Of a DNA stretch of 64,000 bases, positions 1 to 12,019 are shown in pieces; the stretch's first letter is position 1; every line of letters begins with the position of its first letter. The stretch comes from Camelus ferus. Lineage: Eukaryota. The notes under the pieces were generated by a model, which was not told the origin of the DNA, made no database searches, and worked only from the letters and a program-made list of their open reading frames with translations. The stretch spans positions 121,088,001 through 121,152,000 of the forward strand of contig NC_045697.1 of the NCBI RefSeq assembly GCF_009834535.1, given 5' to 3'. A program made the position numbers and the translations under genes.

Positions 1-346
1 CACTCTCCACGCAGCTGACCGGTGTCACAGGTGTTCCATGGCAGGGGGATTTCCGCTTTTACCTCTACTGTTCAGGAGGTGTCCCTAGATGCTACCTGAA
101 ATTCCAGCACAACACCAGGCATTCCCTGCAGCCCGCACTAGGAGACACTCGGGGAATACAAGCGGAGGGCTCCTAGGTGATCCCAGGCGCTGCAGACAGA
201 GTACGGAACCTCCCCACACTCAGAATTCCGGAACGCGGCCGAGTGGGTGGGGAAGGTTTGGGGCCGCCCTCCATGCAGCTGCCTGGTGTCACAGGTGTTC
301 CCAGGCAGGGGGAATTCAGCTAATTACCTCCCCTATCCAGGGGGAG

Positions 347-396
347 GCACTACATGCTACCTGCTTTCCCAGCACTACATGCTACCTGCTTTTCCA
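347..396. repeat. 25-bp internal tandem duplication (gcactacatgctacctgcttttcca x2) defining a 291-bp variant monomer
   Basis: Anchor spacing 221 to 512 = 291 bp. The same duplication starts at 11223, 15215, 26377, 30613, 37261, 43626 and 46811. Confidence 0.95.
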
Positions 397-3300
397 CCAC
401 AACCCCCGCATTTTCCCTGTAGCCTGCACTAGGAGGAACTCGGGGAAGACACGCGGAGGGCTCCTAGGAGATCCCAGGTGCTGCAGACAGAGTACGGAAC
501 TTCCCCAAACTCAGAATTCCGGAACGCGGCTGAGTGGGTAGGGGAGGTTTGGGCCGACTTCCACGCAGCTGCCTTGTGTCACAGGTGTTCCATGTCAGGG
601 GGAATTTTGCTTTTACCTCTCCTGTCCAGGGGGAGTCCCTAGATGCTACCTGCAATTCCAGCCCAACACCAGGCTTTCCCTGCAGCCCGCACAAGGAGAC
701 ATTCGGGGAATACACGTTTAGGCTCCTAGATGATCCCAGGTGCTGCAGAGAGAATACGGAACCTCCCCAAACTCAGAATTCCGTAACACGGCCGAGTGGG
801 TGGGGGAGTTTTGGGGCCGCCTTCCACGCAGCTGCCTGGAGTCACAGGTGTTCCCTGGCAGGGGGAAGACCGCTAATTACCACCCCTGTCCAGGGGGTGA
901 AACTACATGCTACCTGATTTTCCAGCCCAACCCCCGCATTTCCCTGTCTGCCCGCACTAGGAGACATTCGTGGAAGGCACGCGGAGGGCTCCTATGAGAT
1001 CTCAGGCGCTGCAGACATAGGACGGAACCTCCCCACACTCAGAATTCCAGAACAAGGCCGAGTGGGTGTGGGAGGTTTGGGGCCGCCCTCCACGCAGCTG
1101 CCTCTTGTCACAGGTGTTCCCTGGCAGGTTGAAGTCCGCTAATTACCTTCCCCGTCCAGGGGGAGGCACTAGATGCTATCTGCATTTCCAGCCCGACGCC
1201 CGCCTTTCCCCGGCAACCCGCATTAGGAGACACTCGGGGAAGACACGCGGAGGGCTCCTAGGTGATCCCAGGCGCTGCAGAGAGAGTACGGCACCTCCCC
1301 ACACTCAGAATCCCGGAACGCGGCCGAGTGGTTGGGGGAGGTTTGGGGCCGACCTCCACGAAGCTGCCTGGTGTCACAGGTTTTCCCTGGCAGGGGGAAT
1401 TCCGCTAATTACCTCCCCTGTCCAGGGAGAGGCACTACATGCTACCTGCATTTCCAGCCCAACCCCCGCCATTCCCCTGCTCCCAGCACTAGGATACACT
1501 CGGGGAAGGCACACGGAGGGCTCCTAGAGATCCCAGGCGCTGCAGACAGAGTACGGAACTTCCCCACACTCAGAATTCCGGAACACGGCCGAGTGGGAGT
1601 GGTAGGTTTGGCATAAATCCACACGCAGCAGCCTGGTTTCACAGGTGCTCCCTGGAAGGGGGATATTCGCTAATTACCTACCCTGTCCAGGGGGAGGCAG
1701 TACAAGCTACCTGCATTTCCAGCCCAACCCCCGACTTCCCCGGCTTCCCGCATTAGGGGACACTCGGTGAAGACACGCGGAGGGCTCCTGGGAGATCCCA
1801 GGTGCAGCAGACAGAGTAGGGAACCTCCCCACACTCAGAATTCCAGAACAAGGCCGAGTGGGTGTGGGATTTTTGGGGCCGCCCTCCACACAGCTGCATC
1901 TAGTCACAGGTGTTCCCTGGCCGGGTGAAGTCCGCGAATTACTTTCCCTGTCCAGGGGGAGGCACTACATGCTACCTGCTACTGCAGCCAAACCCCCGCC
2001 TTTCCCCGGCTCCTCTCACTAGGAGACACTCTGGGAAGACACGCGGAGGGCTCCTAGGTGATCCCAGGCGCTGCACACAGAGTACGGAACATCCACAAAT
2101 TCAGAATTCCGGAACGCGACCGAGTGGATGTGGGAGGTTTGGGGACGCACTCCACGCAGCTGCTTGTTGTCACAGGTGTTCCCTGGCAGGGGGAATTCCG
2201 CTAATTACCTCCCCTGTCCAGGAGGAGTCACTAGATGCTACCTGCATATCCAGCAAAACCCCCGCCTTTCAACGGCTCCCCGTAATAGGAGACACTATGG
2301 GAAGGCACGTCGATGGCTCCTAGGAGATCCCAGCGGCTGGAGACCGAAGACCAAACCTCCCCAAACTCAGAATTCCGGAATGCGGCCGAGTGGGTGGGGG
2401 AGGTTTGGGACCAAACCCCACGAAGCTGCCGGGTGTTACATGTGTTCTCTGGCAGGGGGAATTCCGCTAATTACCTCCCCTGCCCAGGGGGAGGCGCTAA
2501 ATTCTACCTGCATTTCCAGCCCAACACCAGCATTTCCCCAGCAAACTGCACAAGGATACACTCGGGGAAGACAGGCGGAGGGCTCCTAGGAGATCCCAGG
2601 TGCTGCAGACAGAGGACGGAACCTCTCCACACTCAAAATTCCGGAACAAGGCCGAGTGGTTAGGGGAGGTTTGGGGCGGCCCTCCACGCAGCTGCCTGGT
2701 GTCACAGGTGTTCCCTGGAAGGGGGAAGTCCGCTAATTACCTCCCCTGTTCAGGGGGAGGCACTACATGCTACCTGCATTTCCAGCCCTACCCCCACCGT
2801 TCCCCGGCATCCAGCAAGAGGAGACACACGGGGAAGACACGCAGAGTGCTCCTAGGTGATCCCAGGCGCTGCACACAGAATACGGAACCTCCACAAATTC
2901 AGAATTCCGGAACGCGACCGAGTGAGTGGGGGAGTATTGGTGCCGCACTTAACGCATTTGCCTGGAGTCTCAGGTGTTCCCTGGCAGGGGGAATTCCGCT
3001 AATTATCTTCCCTGTCCAGGGTGAGGCAATACATGCTACCTGCTTTTCCAGCCCAACCCCCGCGTTTACCCGGAAGCCCGCAAAAGGTGACACTCGGGGA
3101 AGACACGCAGAGGGCTCCTAGGAGATCCCAGGCGCTGCAGACAGAGTACGGACCTCCCCACACTCAGAATTCCGGAACGAGGCCGAGTGAGTGGGGGAGG
3201 ATTGGGTCCGCCCCCCAGGCAGATGCCAGGTGTTATATGTGTTCCCAGGCAGGGGGAATTCCGCTAATTACCTCCCATGTCCAGGGGGAGTCACTAGATG

Positions 3301-3430
3301 CTACCTGCATTTCCAGCCTATCCCAAGCATTTTCGTGGCTGCCCGCACTAGGAGACACTTGGGGAAGACACGCAGAGGATTCCTAGGACATCCCAGGCAC
3401 TGCAGACAGAGGACGGAACCTCCCCACACT

Positions 3431-3671
3431 CAGAATTCCAGAACAAGGCCGAGTGGGTGTGGGAGGTATGGGGCCGTCCTCCACGCAGCTGCCTCTTATC
3501 ACAGGTGTTCCCTGGCAGGGTAAAATCCGCTAATTACCTTCCCCGTTCAGGAGGAGGCACTACATGCTACCTGGATTTCCAGCCCAACCCCCGCCTTTCC
3601 CCGGGTCCCCGCACTAGGAGACACTCTGCAAGACACGTGGAGGGCTCCCGAAGACGGGACCTCCCCACACT
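3431..3671. repeat. 241-bp deletion-variant monomer (junction gagggctcc|cgaagacggg)
   Basis: Anchor spacing 3431 to 3672 = 241 bp; lacks taggagatcccaggcgctgcagac. Same junction near 27021, 40560, 46399, 49584 and 52475. Confidence 0.93.
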
Positions 3672-3865
3672 CAGAATTCCGGAACGAGTCCGAATGTGTG
3701 TGGGAGGTTTGGGGCCGCCCTTCACGCAGCTGCGTGGTGTCACATGTGTTCCTTGATGGGAAATCCGCTAATTACCTCCCCTGTCCAGAGGGAGGCACTA
3801 CATGCTACCTGCTTTTCCAGCCCAACCCCCAATTTTCTCCGGCTGCCCGCACTAGGAGACACTCT

Positions 3866-6800
3866 GGGAAGACACGCGGAGGGCGCCTAAGTGATCCCAG
3901 TCGCTACAGACAGAGGACGGACCTCACCACACTCAGAATTCCGGAACGCGGCCGAGTGGGTCAGGGAGGTTTGGGGCCGACCTCCACGAACCTGCCTAGT
4001 GTCACAGGTGTTCCCTGGCAGGGGAAAGTCCGCTAATTACCTCCCCTGTCCTGGGGGAGGCACTAGATGCTACCTGCGTTTCCAGCCAAACCCGCGACTT
4101 TCCCCGGAAGCCCGCACAAGGAGACAATCGGGGAAGACACGCGAATGGTTCCAAGGACGTCCCAGGCGCTGCAGACAGAGGACGGATCCTCCCCACACTC
4201 AGAATTCCGGAACGCGGCCGAGTGGGTGGGAAAGGTTTGGGCACGCCATCCTCCCAGCTGCCTGGTATCACAGGTGATCCCTGGCAGGGGGATTACCGCT
4301 AATTACCTCCCAAGTCCAGGGGGAGGCACTACATGTTACATGCTTTTCCATCACAACCCCCGACTTTCCCGGGCAGCCTGCACTAGCAGACACTCGGGGA
4401 AGACACGCGGAGGGCTCCTAGGAGATCTCAGGGGCTGCAGACAAAAGAAGGAAACCCCCACACTCAGAAATCCGGAACGCGGCCGAGTTGGTTGGGTAAG
4501 TTTGGTGCCGCAGTCCGCGCATCTGCCTGGTGTCACATTTGTTCCCTTTCTGGGGGAATTCCGCTAATTACCTCCCCCGTCCAGGGTGAGGCACTAGATG
4601 CTATCTGCATTTCCAGCCCGACCCCCGACTTTCTCCGGCATCCCGCATTAGGAGACACTCGGGGAAGACACGCGGAGGGCTCCTAGGATATCCCAGGTGC
4701 AGCAGACAGAGTACGGACCTCCCCACACTCAGAAATCCGGAACGAGGCCGGGCGGTGTGGGAGGTTTCTGGCCGCCCTCCACGCATCTGCCGGGTGTTAC
4801 ATGTGTTTCCTGTCAGGGGGAAGTCCGCTAATTTCCTTCCCTGTCCAGGGGGAGGCGCTACATGCTACCTTCATTTCCAGCAAAACCCACACATTTCCCC
4901 GGCAGACCACAATTTTAGACACTCGGGGAAGACACGCGGAGTGCTCCTAGGAGATCCCAGGCGCTGCAGACAGAGTACGGAACCTCCCAAAACTCAGAAT
5001 TCCGAAACGCAGCCGAGTGGGTGTGGGAGGTTTGGGACCACACTCCACGCAGCTCCCTGGTGTCACAGGTGTTCCCTGGAAAGGGTAAGTCCGCTGAATA
5101 CCTCCCCTGTCCAGGGGGAGGCACTATATGCTACCTGCATTTCCAGAACAACCCCCACATTTCCCCGGCTCCCCGAACTAAGATACACTCGGGGAAGACA
5201 CGCGGAGGGCTCCTAGGAGACCCCAGGCGCTGCAGAAAGAAGACCGAACCTCCCCACACTCAGAATTCCGGAACAAGGCCGAGTGGGTGGGGGAGTTTTG
5301 GGACCAAACCCCACGAAGCTGCCGGGTGTTACATGTGTTCTCTGGCTGGGGGATGTCCGCTAATTACCTCCCCTGTCCAGGGGGAGGCGCTACATGCTAC
5401 CTGCTTATTCAGCCCAACACCAGAATTTCCCCGGCACACTGCACTAGGATTCACTCGGTGAAGACAGGCGGAGGGCTCCTAGGAGATCCCAGGTGCTGCA
5501 GACAGAGGAAGGAACCTCTCCACACTCAAAATTCCGGAACAAGACCCAGTGGTTAGGGGAGGTTTGGGGCGGCCCTCCACGCAGTTGCCTGGTGTCACAG
5601 GTGTTCCCTGGAAGGGGGAAGTCCGCTAATTACCTCCCCTGTTCAGGGGGAGGCACTACATGCTACCTGCATTTCCAGCCATACCCCCACCTTTCCCCGG
5701 CATCCAGCAAGAGGAGACACACGGGGAAGGCATGCGGAGTGCTCCTAGGAAATCCCAGGAGCTGAAGAAAGAGTACAGAACTTCCCCACCCTCAGAATAA
5801 CAGAACGCGGACGAGAGTTTTCGGGAGGTTTGAGTCCGACCTCCACGCAGCTGCCTTGTGTCACAGGTGTTCAAAGCCAGGGGAAATTCCGCTTTTACCT
5901 CTCCTGTCCAGGGGGATTCCCTAGATGCTACCTGCAATTCCAGCACAACACCAGGCTTTCCCTGCATCCCACACTAGGAGACACTCGAGGAATACACGTG
6001 GAGGCTCCTAGGTGATCCCAGGTGCTGCAGAGAGTATACGGAACCTCCCCACACTCAGAATTCCGTAACGCGGCCGAGTGGGTGGTGGAGGTTTGGGGCC
6101 ACCCTCCACGCAGCTGCCTGGTGTCACAGGTGTTCCCTGGCAGGGGGAAGACCGCTAATTACCACCCCTGTCCAGGGGGTGAAACTACATGCTACCTGCA
6201 TTTCCAGCCCAACCCCCGCATTTCCCTGTCTGGCCGCACTAGGAGACACTCGGGGAAGGCACGCGGAGGGCTCCTATGAGATCTCAGGCGCTGCAGACAG
6301 AGGACGGAACCTCCCCACACTCAGAATTCCAGAACAAGCCCGAGTGGGAGTGGGAGGTTTGGGGCCGCCCTCCACGCAGCTGCCTCTTGTCACAGGTGTT
6401 CCCTGGCAGGGTGAAGTCCGCTAATTACCTTCCCCGTCCAGGGGGAGGCACTAGAAGCTATCTGCATTTCCAGCCCGACCCCCGCCATTCCCCGGCATCC
6501 CGCATTAGGAGACACTCGGGGAAGACACGCGGAGGGCTCCTAGGTGATCCCAGGCACTGCAGAGAGAGTACGGCACCTCCCAACACTCAGAATACCGGAA
6601 CGCGGCTGAGTGGTTGGGGGAGGTTTGGGGCCAACCACCACGCAGCTGCCTGGTGTCACAGGTGTTCCCTGGCAGGGGGAATTACGCTAATTACCTGATC
6701 TGTCCAGGGAGAGGCACTACATGCTACCTGCATTTCCAGCCCAATCCCCGCCATTCCTCGGGTCCCAAACTAGGATACACTCGGGGAAGACACGCGGAGT

Positions 6801-9800
6801 GCTCCTAGAGATCCCAGGCCCTGCAGACAGAGTATGGAACTTCCCCACACTCAGAATTAAGGAACGCGGCCGAGTGGGTGGGGTAGGTTTGGCATTACCC
6901 AACACGCAGCAGCCTGGTGTCACAGGTGTTCCCTGGAAGGGGGAAGTTCGCTAATTACCTACACTGTCCAGGGGTAGGCACTACAAGCTACCTGCATTTC
7001 CAGCCCAAACCCCACCTTTCCCCGGGTTCCCGCACTAGGAGAGACTCGGGGAAGACACGCTGAGGGCTCCTAGGTGATCCCAGGTGCTGCAGAGAGAATA
7101 CGGAACCTCCCCAAACTCAGAATTCCGGAACGTGGCCGAGTGGGTGGGGGAGTTTTGGGACCAAACCCCACGCAGCTGCATGGTGTCAAAAGTGTTCCCT
7201 GGAAGGGGGAATTCCGCTAAATTCCTACCCTGTCCAGGGGGAGGCACTACAAGTTACCTGCATTTCCAGCCCAACCCACGCATTTCCCCGGCAGACCGCA
7301 CTAGGAGACACTCGGGGAAGACACGCGGAGGGCGCCTAAGTGATCCCAGTCGCTACAGACAGAGGACGGACCTCACCACACTCAGAATTCCGGAACGCGG
7401 CCGAGTGGGTCAGGGAGGTTTGGGGCCGACCTCCACGAACCTGCCTAGTGTCACAGGTGTTCCCTGGCAGGGGAAAGTCCGCTAATTACCTCCCCTGTCC
7501 TGGGGGAGGCACTAGATGCTACCTGCGTTTCCAGCCAAACCCGCGACTTTCCCCGGAAGCCCGCACAAGGAGACAATCGGGGAAGACACGCGAATGGTTC
7601 CAAGGACGTCCCAGGCGCTGCAGACAGAGGACGGATCCTCCCCACACTCAGAATTCCGGAACGCGGCCGAGTGGGTGGGAAAGGTTTGGGCACGCCATCC
7701 TCCCAGCTGCCTGGTATCACAGGTGATCCCTGGCAGGGGGATTACCGCTAATTACCTCCCAAGTCCAGGGGGAGGCACTACATGTTACATGCTTTTCCAT
7801 CACAACCCCCGACTTTCCCGGGCAGCCTGCACTAGCAGACACTCGGGGAAGACACGCGGAGGGCTCCTAGGAGATCTCAGGGGCTGCAGACAAAAGAAGG
7901 AAACCCCCACACTCAGAAATCCGGAACGCGGCCGAGTTGGTTGGGTAAGTTTGGTGCCGCAGTCCGCGCATCTGCCTGGTGTCACATTTGTTCCCTTTCT
8001 GGGGGAATTCCGCTAATTACCTCCCCCGTCCAGGGGGAGGCACTAGATGCTATCTGCATTTCCAGCCCGACCCCCGACTTTCTCCGGCATCCCGCATTAG
8101 GAGACACTCGGGGAAGACACGCGGAGGGCTCCTAGGATATCCCAGGTGCAGCAGACAGAGTACGGACCTCCCCACACTCAGAAATCCGGAACGAGGCCGG
8201 GCGGTGTGGGAGGTTTCTGGCCGCCCTCCACGCATCTGCCGGGTGTTACATGTGTTTCCTGTCAGGGGGAAGTCCGCTAATTTCCTTCCCTGTCCAGGGG
8301 GAGGCGCTACATGCTACCTTCATTTCCAGCAAAACCCACACATTTCCCCGGCAGACCACAATTTTAGACACTCGGGGAAGACACGCGGAGTGCTCCTAGG
8401 AGATCCCAGGCGCTGCAGACAGAGTACGGAACCTCCCAAAACTCAGAATTCCGAAACGCAGCCGAGTGGGTGTGGGAGGTTTGGGACCACACTCCACGCA
8501 GCTCCCTGGTGTCACAGGTGTTCCCTGGAAAGGGTAAGTCCGCTGAATACCTCCCCTGTCCAGGGGGAGGCACTATATGCTACCTGCATTTCCAGAACAA
8601 CCCCCACATTTCCCCGGCTCCCCGAACTAAAATACACTCGGGGAAGACACGCGGAGGGCTCCTAGGAGACCCCAGGCGCTGCAGAAAGAAGACCGAACCT
8701 CCCCACACTCAGAATTCCGGAACAAGGCCGAGTGGGTGGGGGAGTTTTGGGACCAAACCCCACGAAGCTGCCGGGTGTTACATGTGTTCTCTGGCTGGGG
8801 GATGTCCGCTAATTACCTCCCCTGTCCAGGGGGAGGCGCTACATGCTACCTGCTTATTCAGCCCAACACCAGAATTTCCCCGGCACACTGCACTAGGATT
8901 CACTCGGTGAAGACAGGCGGAGGGCTCCTAGGAGATCCCAGGTGCTGCAGACAGAGGAAGGAACCTCTCCACACTCAAAATTCCGGAACAAGACCCAGTG
9001 GTTAGGGGAGGTTTGGGGCGGCCCTCCACGCAGTTGCCTGGTGTCACAGGTGTTCCCTGGAAGGGGGAAGTCCGCTAATTACCTCCCCTGTTCAGGGGGA
9101 GGCACTACATGCTACCTGCATTTCCAGCCATACCCCCACCTTTCCCCGGCATCCAGCAAGAGGAGACACACGGGGAAGGCATGCGGAGTGCTCCTAGGAA
9201 ATCCCAGGAGCTGAAGAAAGAGTACAGAACTTCCCCACCCTCAGAATAACAGAACGCGGACGAGAGTTTTCGGGAGGTTTGAGTCCGACCTCCACGCAGC
9301 TGCCTTGTGTCACAGGTGTTCAAAGCCAGGGGAAATTCCGCTTTTACCTCTCCTGTCCAGGGGGATTCCCTAGATGCTACCTGCAATTCCAGCACAACAC
9401 CAGGCTTTCCCTGCATCCCACACTAGGAGACACTCGAGGAATACACGTGGAGGCTCCTAGGTGATCCCAGGTGCTGCAGAGAGTATACGGAACCTCCCCA
9501 CACTCAGAATTCCGTAACGCGGCCGAGTGGGTGGTGGAGGTTTGGGGCCACCCTCCACGCAGCTGCCTGGTGTCACAGGTGTTCCCTGGCAGGGGGAAGA
9601 CCGCTAATTACCACCCCTGTCCAGGGGGTGAAACTACATGCTACCTGCATTTCCAGCCCAACCCCCGCATTTCCCTGTCTGGCCGCACTAGGAGACACTC
9701 GGGGAAGGCACGCGGAGGGCTCCTATGAGATCTCAGGCGCTGCAGACAGAGGACGGAACCTCCCCACACTCAGAATTCCAGAACAAGCCCGAGTGGGAGT

Positions 9801-10782
9801 GGGAGGTTTGGGGCCGCCCTCCACGCAGCTGCCTCTTGTCACAGGTGTTCCCTGGCAGGGTGAAGTCCGCTAATTACCTTCCCCGTCCAGGGGGAGGCAC
9901 TAGAAGCTATCTGCATTTCCAGCCCGACCCCCGCCATTCCCCGGCATCCCGCATTAGGAGACACTCGGGGAAGACACGCGGAGGGCTCCTAGGTGATCCC
10001 AGGCACTGCAGAGAGAGTACGGCACCTCCCAACACTCAGAATACCGGAACGCGGCCGAGTGGTTGGGGGAGGTTTGGGGCCAACCACCACGCAGCTGCCT
10101 GGTGTCACAGGTGTTCCCTGGCAGGGGGAATTACGCTAATTACCTGATCTGTCCAGGGAGAGGCACTACATGCTACCTGCATTTCCAGCCCAATCCCCGC
10201 CATTCCTCGGGTCCCAAACTAGGATACACTCGGGGAAGACACGCGGAGTGCTCCTAGAGATCCCAGGCCCTGCAGACAGAGTATGGAACTTCCCCACACT
10301 CAGAATTAAGGAACGCGGCCGAGTGGGTGGGGTAGGTTTGGCATTACCCAACACGCAGCAGCCTGGTGTCACAGGTGTTCCCTGGAAGGGGGAAGTTCGC
10401 TAATTACCTACACTGTCCAGGGGTAGGCACTACAAGCTACCTGCATTTCCAGCCCAAACCCCACCTTTCCCCGGGTTCCCGCACTAGGAGAGACTCGGGG
10501 AAGACACGCTGAGGGCTCCTAGGTGATCCCAGGTGCTGCAGAGAGAATACGGAACCTCCCCAAACTCAGAATTCCGGAACGTGGCCGAGTGGGTGGGGGA
10601 GTTTTGGGACCAAACCCCACGCAGCTGCATGGTGTCAAAAGTGTTCCCTGGAAGGGGGAATTCCGCTAAATTCCTACCCTGTCCAGGGGGAGGCACTACA
10701 AGTTACCTGCATTTCCAGCCCAACCCACGCATTTCCCCGGCAGACCGCACTAGGAGACACTCGGGGAAGACACGCGGAGGGC
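3866..10782. repeat. Near-identical tandem duplication of a 13-monomer block (period 3449 bp): 3866-7314 and 7315-10782
   Basis: Matching ORFs at constant offset 3449 (3891/7340, 4067/7516, 5021/8470, 6022/9471, 7035/10484). Only isolated substitutions seen (4587, ~5182, 6607 versus partners). Confidence 0.95.
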
Positions 10783-12019
10783 TCCTAGGAGATGCCAGGC
10801 GCTGCAGACCGAGTACGGAAATTCTCCACACTCAGAATTCCGGAACGCGGCCGAGTGGGTGGGGAAGGTTTGGGGCCGCTCTCCACGCAGCTGACCGGTG
10901 TCACAGGTGTTCCATGGCAGGGGGATTTCCGCTTTTACCTCTAGTGTCCAGGAGGTGTCCCTAGATGCTACCTGAAATTCCAGCACAACACCAGGCATTC
11001 CCTGCAGCCCGCACTAGGAGACACTCGGGGAATACAAGCGGAGGGCTCCTAGGTGATCCCAGGCGCTGCAGACAGAATACAGAACCTCCCCAAACTCAGA
11101 ATTCCGGAACGCGGCCGAGTGGGTGGGGAAGGTTTGGGGCCGCCGTCCACGCAGCTGCCTGGTGTCACAGGTGTTCCCAGGCAGGGGGAATTCAGCTAAT
11201 TACCTCCCCTATCCAGGGGGAGGCACTACATGCTACCTGCTTTTCCAGCACTACATGCTACCTGCTTTTCCACCACAACCCCCGCATTTTCCCTGTAGCC
11301 TGCACTAGGAGAAACTCGGGGAAGACACGCGGAGGGCTCCTAGGAGATCCCAGGTGCTGCAGACAGAGTACGGAACTTCCCCAAACTCAGAATTCCGGAA
11401 CGCGGCTGAGTGGGTAGGGGAGGTTTGGGCCGCCCTCCACGCAGCTGCCTTGTGTCACAGGTGTTCCATGTCAGGGGGAATTTTGCTTTTACCTCTCCTG
11501 TCCAGGGGGAGTCCCTAGATGCTACCAGCAATTTCAGCCCAACACCAGGCTTTCCCTGCAGCCCGCACTAGGAGACACTCGTAGAAGACACGTTGTTTGC
11601 TACTAGGGTATTCCAGGTGCTACACAGAAGACCGAAACTCCCCAAACTCAGTACTCCGGAACGTGGCCGAGTTGGTTGGGGAGGTTTGGGACCAAACCCC
11701 ACGCAGCTGCATGGTGTCAAAAGTGTTCCCTGGAAGGGGGAATTCCGCTAAATTCCTCCCATGTCCAGGGGGAGGCAGTATAATCTACCTGCATTTCCAG
11801 CCCAACACCCGAATTTCCCCGGCTCCCCGCACGAGTATACAATCGGGGAAGACAAGCAGAGGGCTAATAGGAGATGCCAGGCGCTGCAGACCGAGTACGG
11901 AAATTCTCCACACTCAGAATTCCGTAACGCGGCCGAGTGGGTGGGGGAGATTTGGGGCCGCATTCCACGCAGCTGCCTGGTGTCACAGGTGTTCCCTGGC
12001 AGGGGGAAGACCGCTAATT

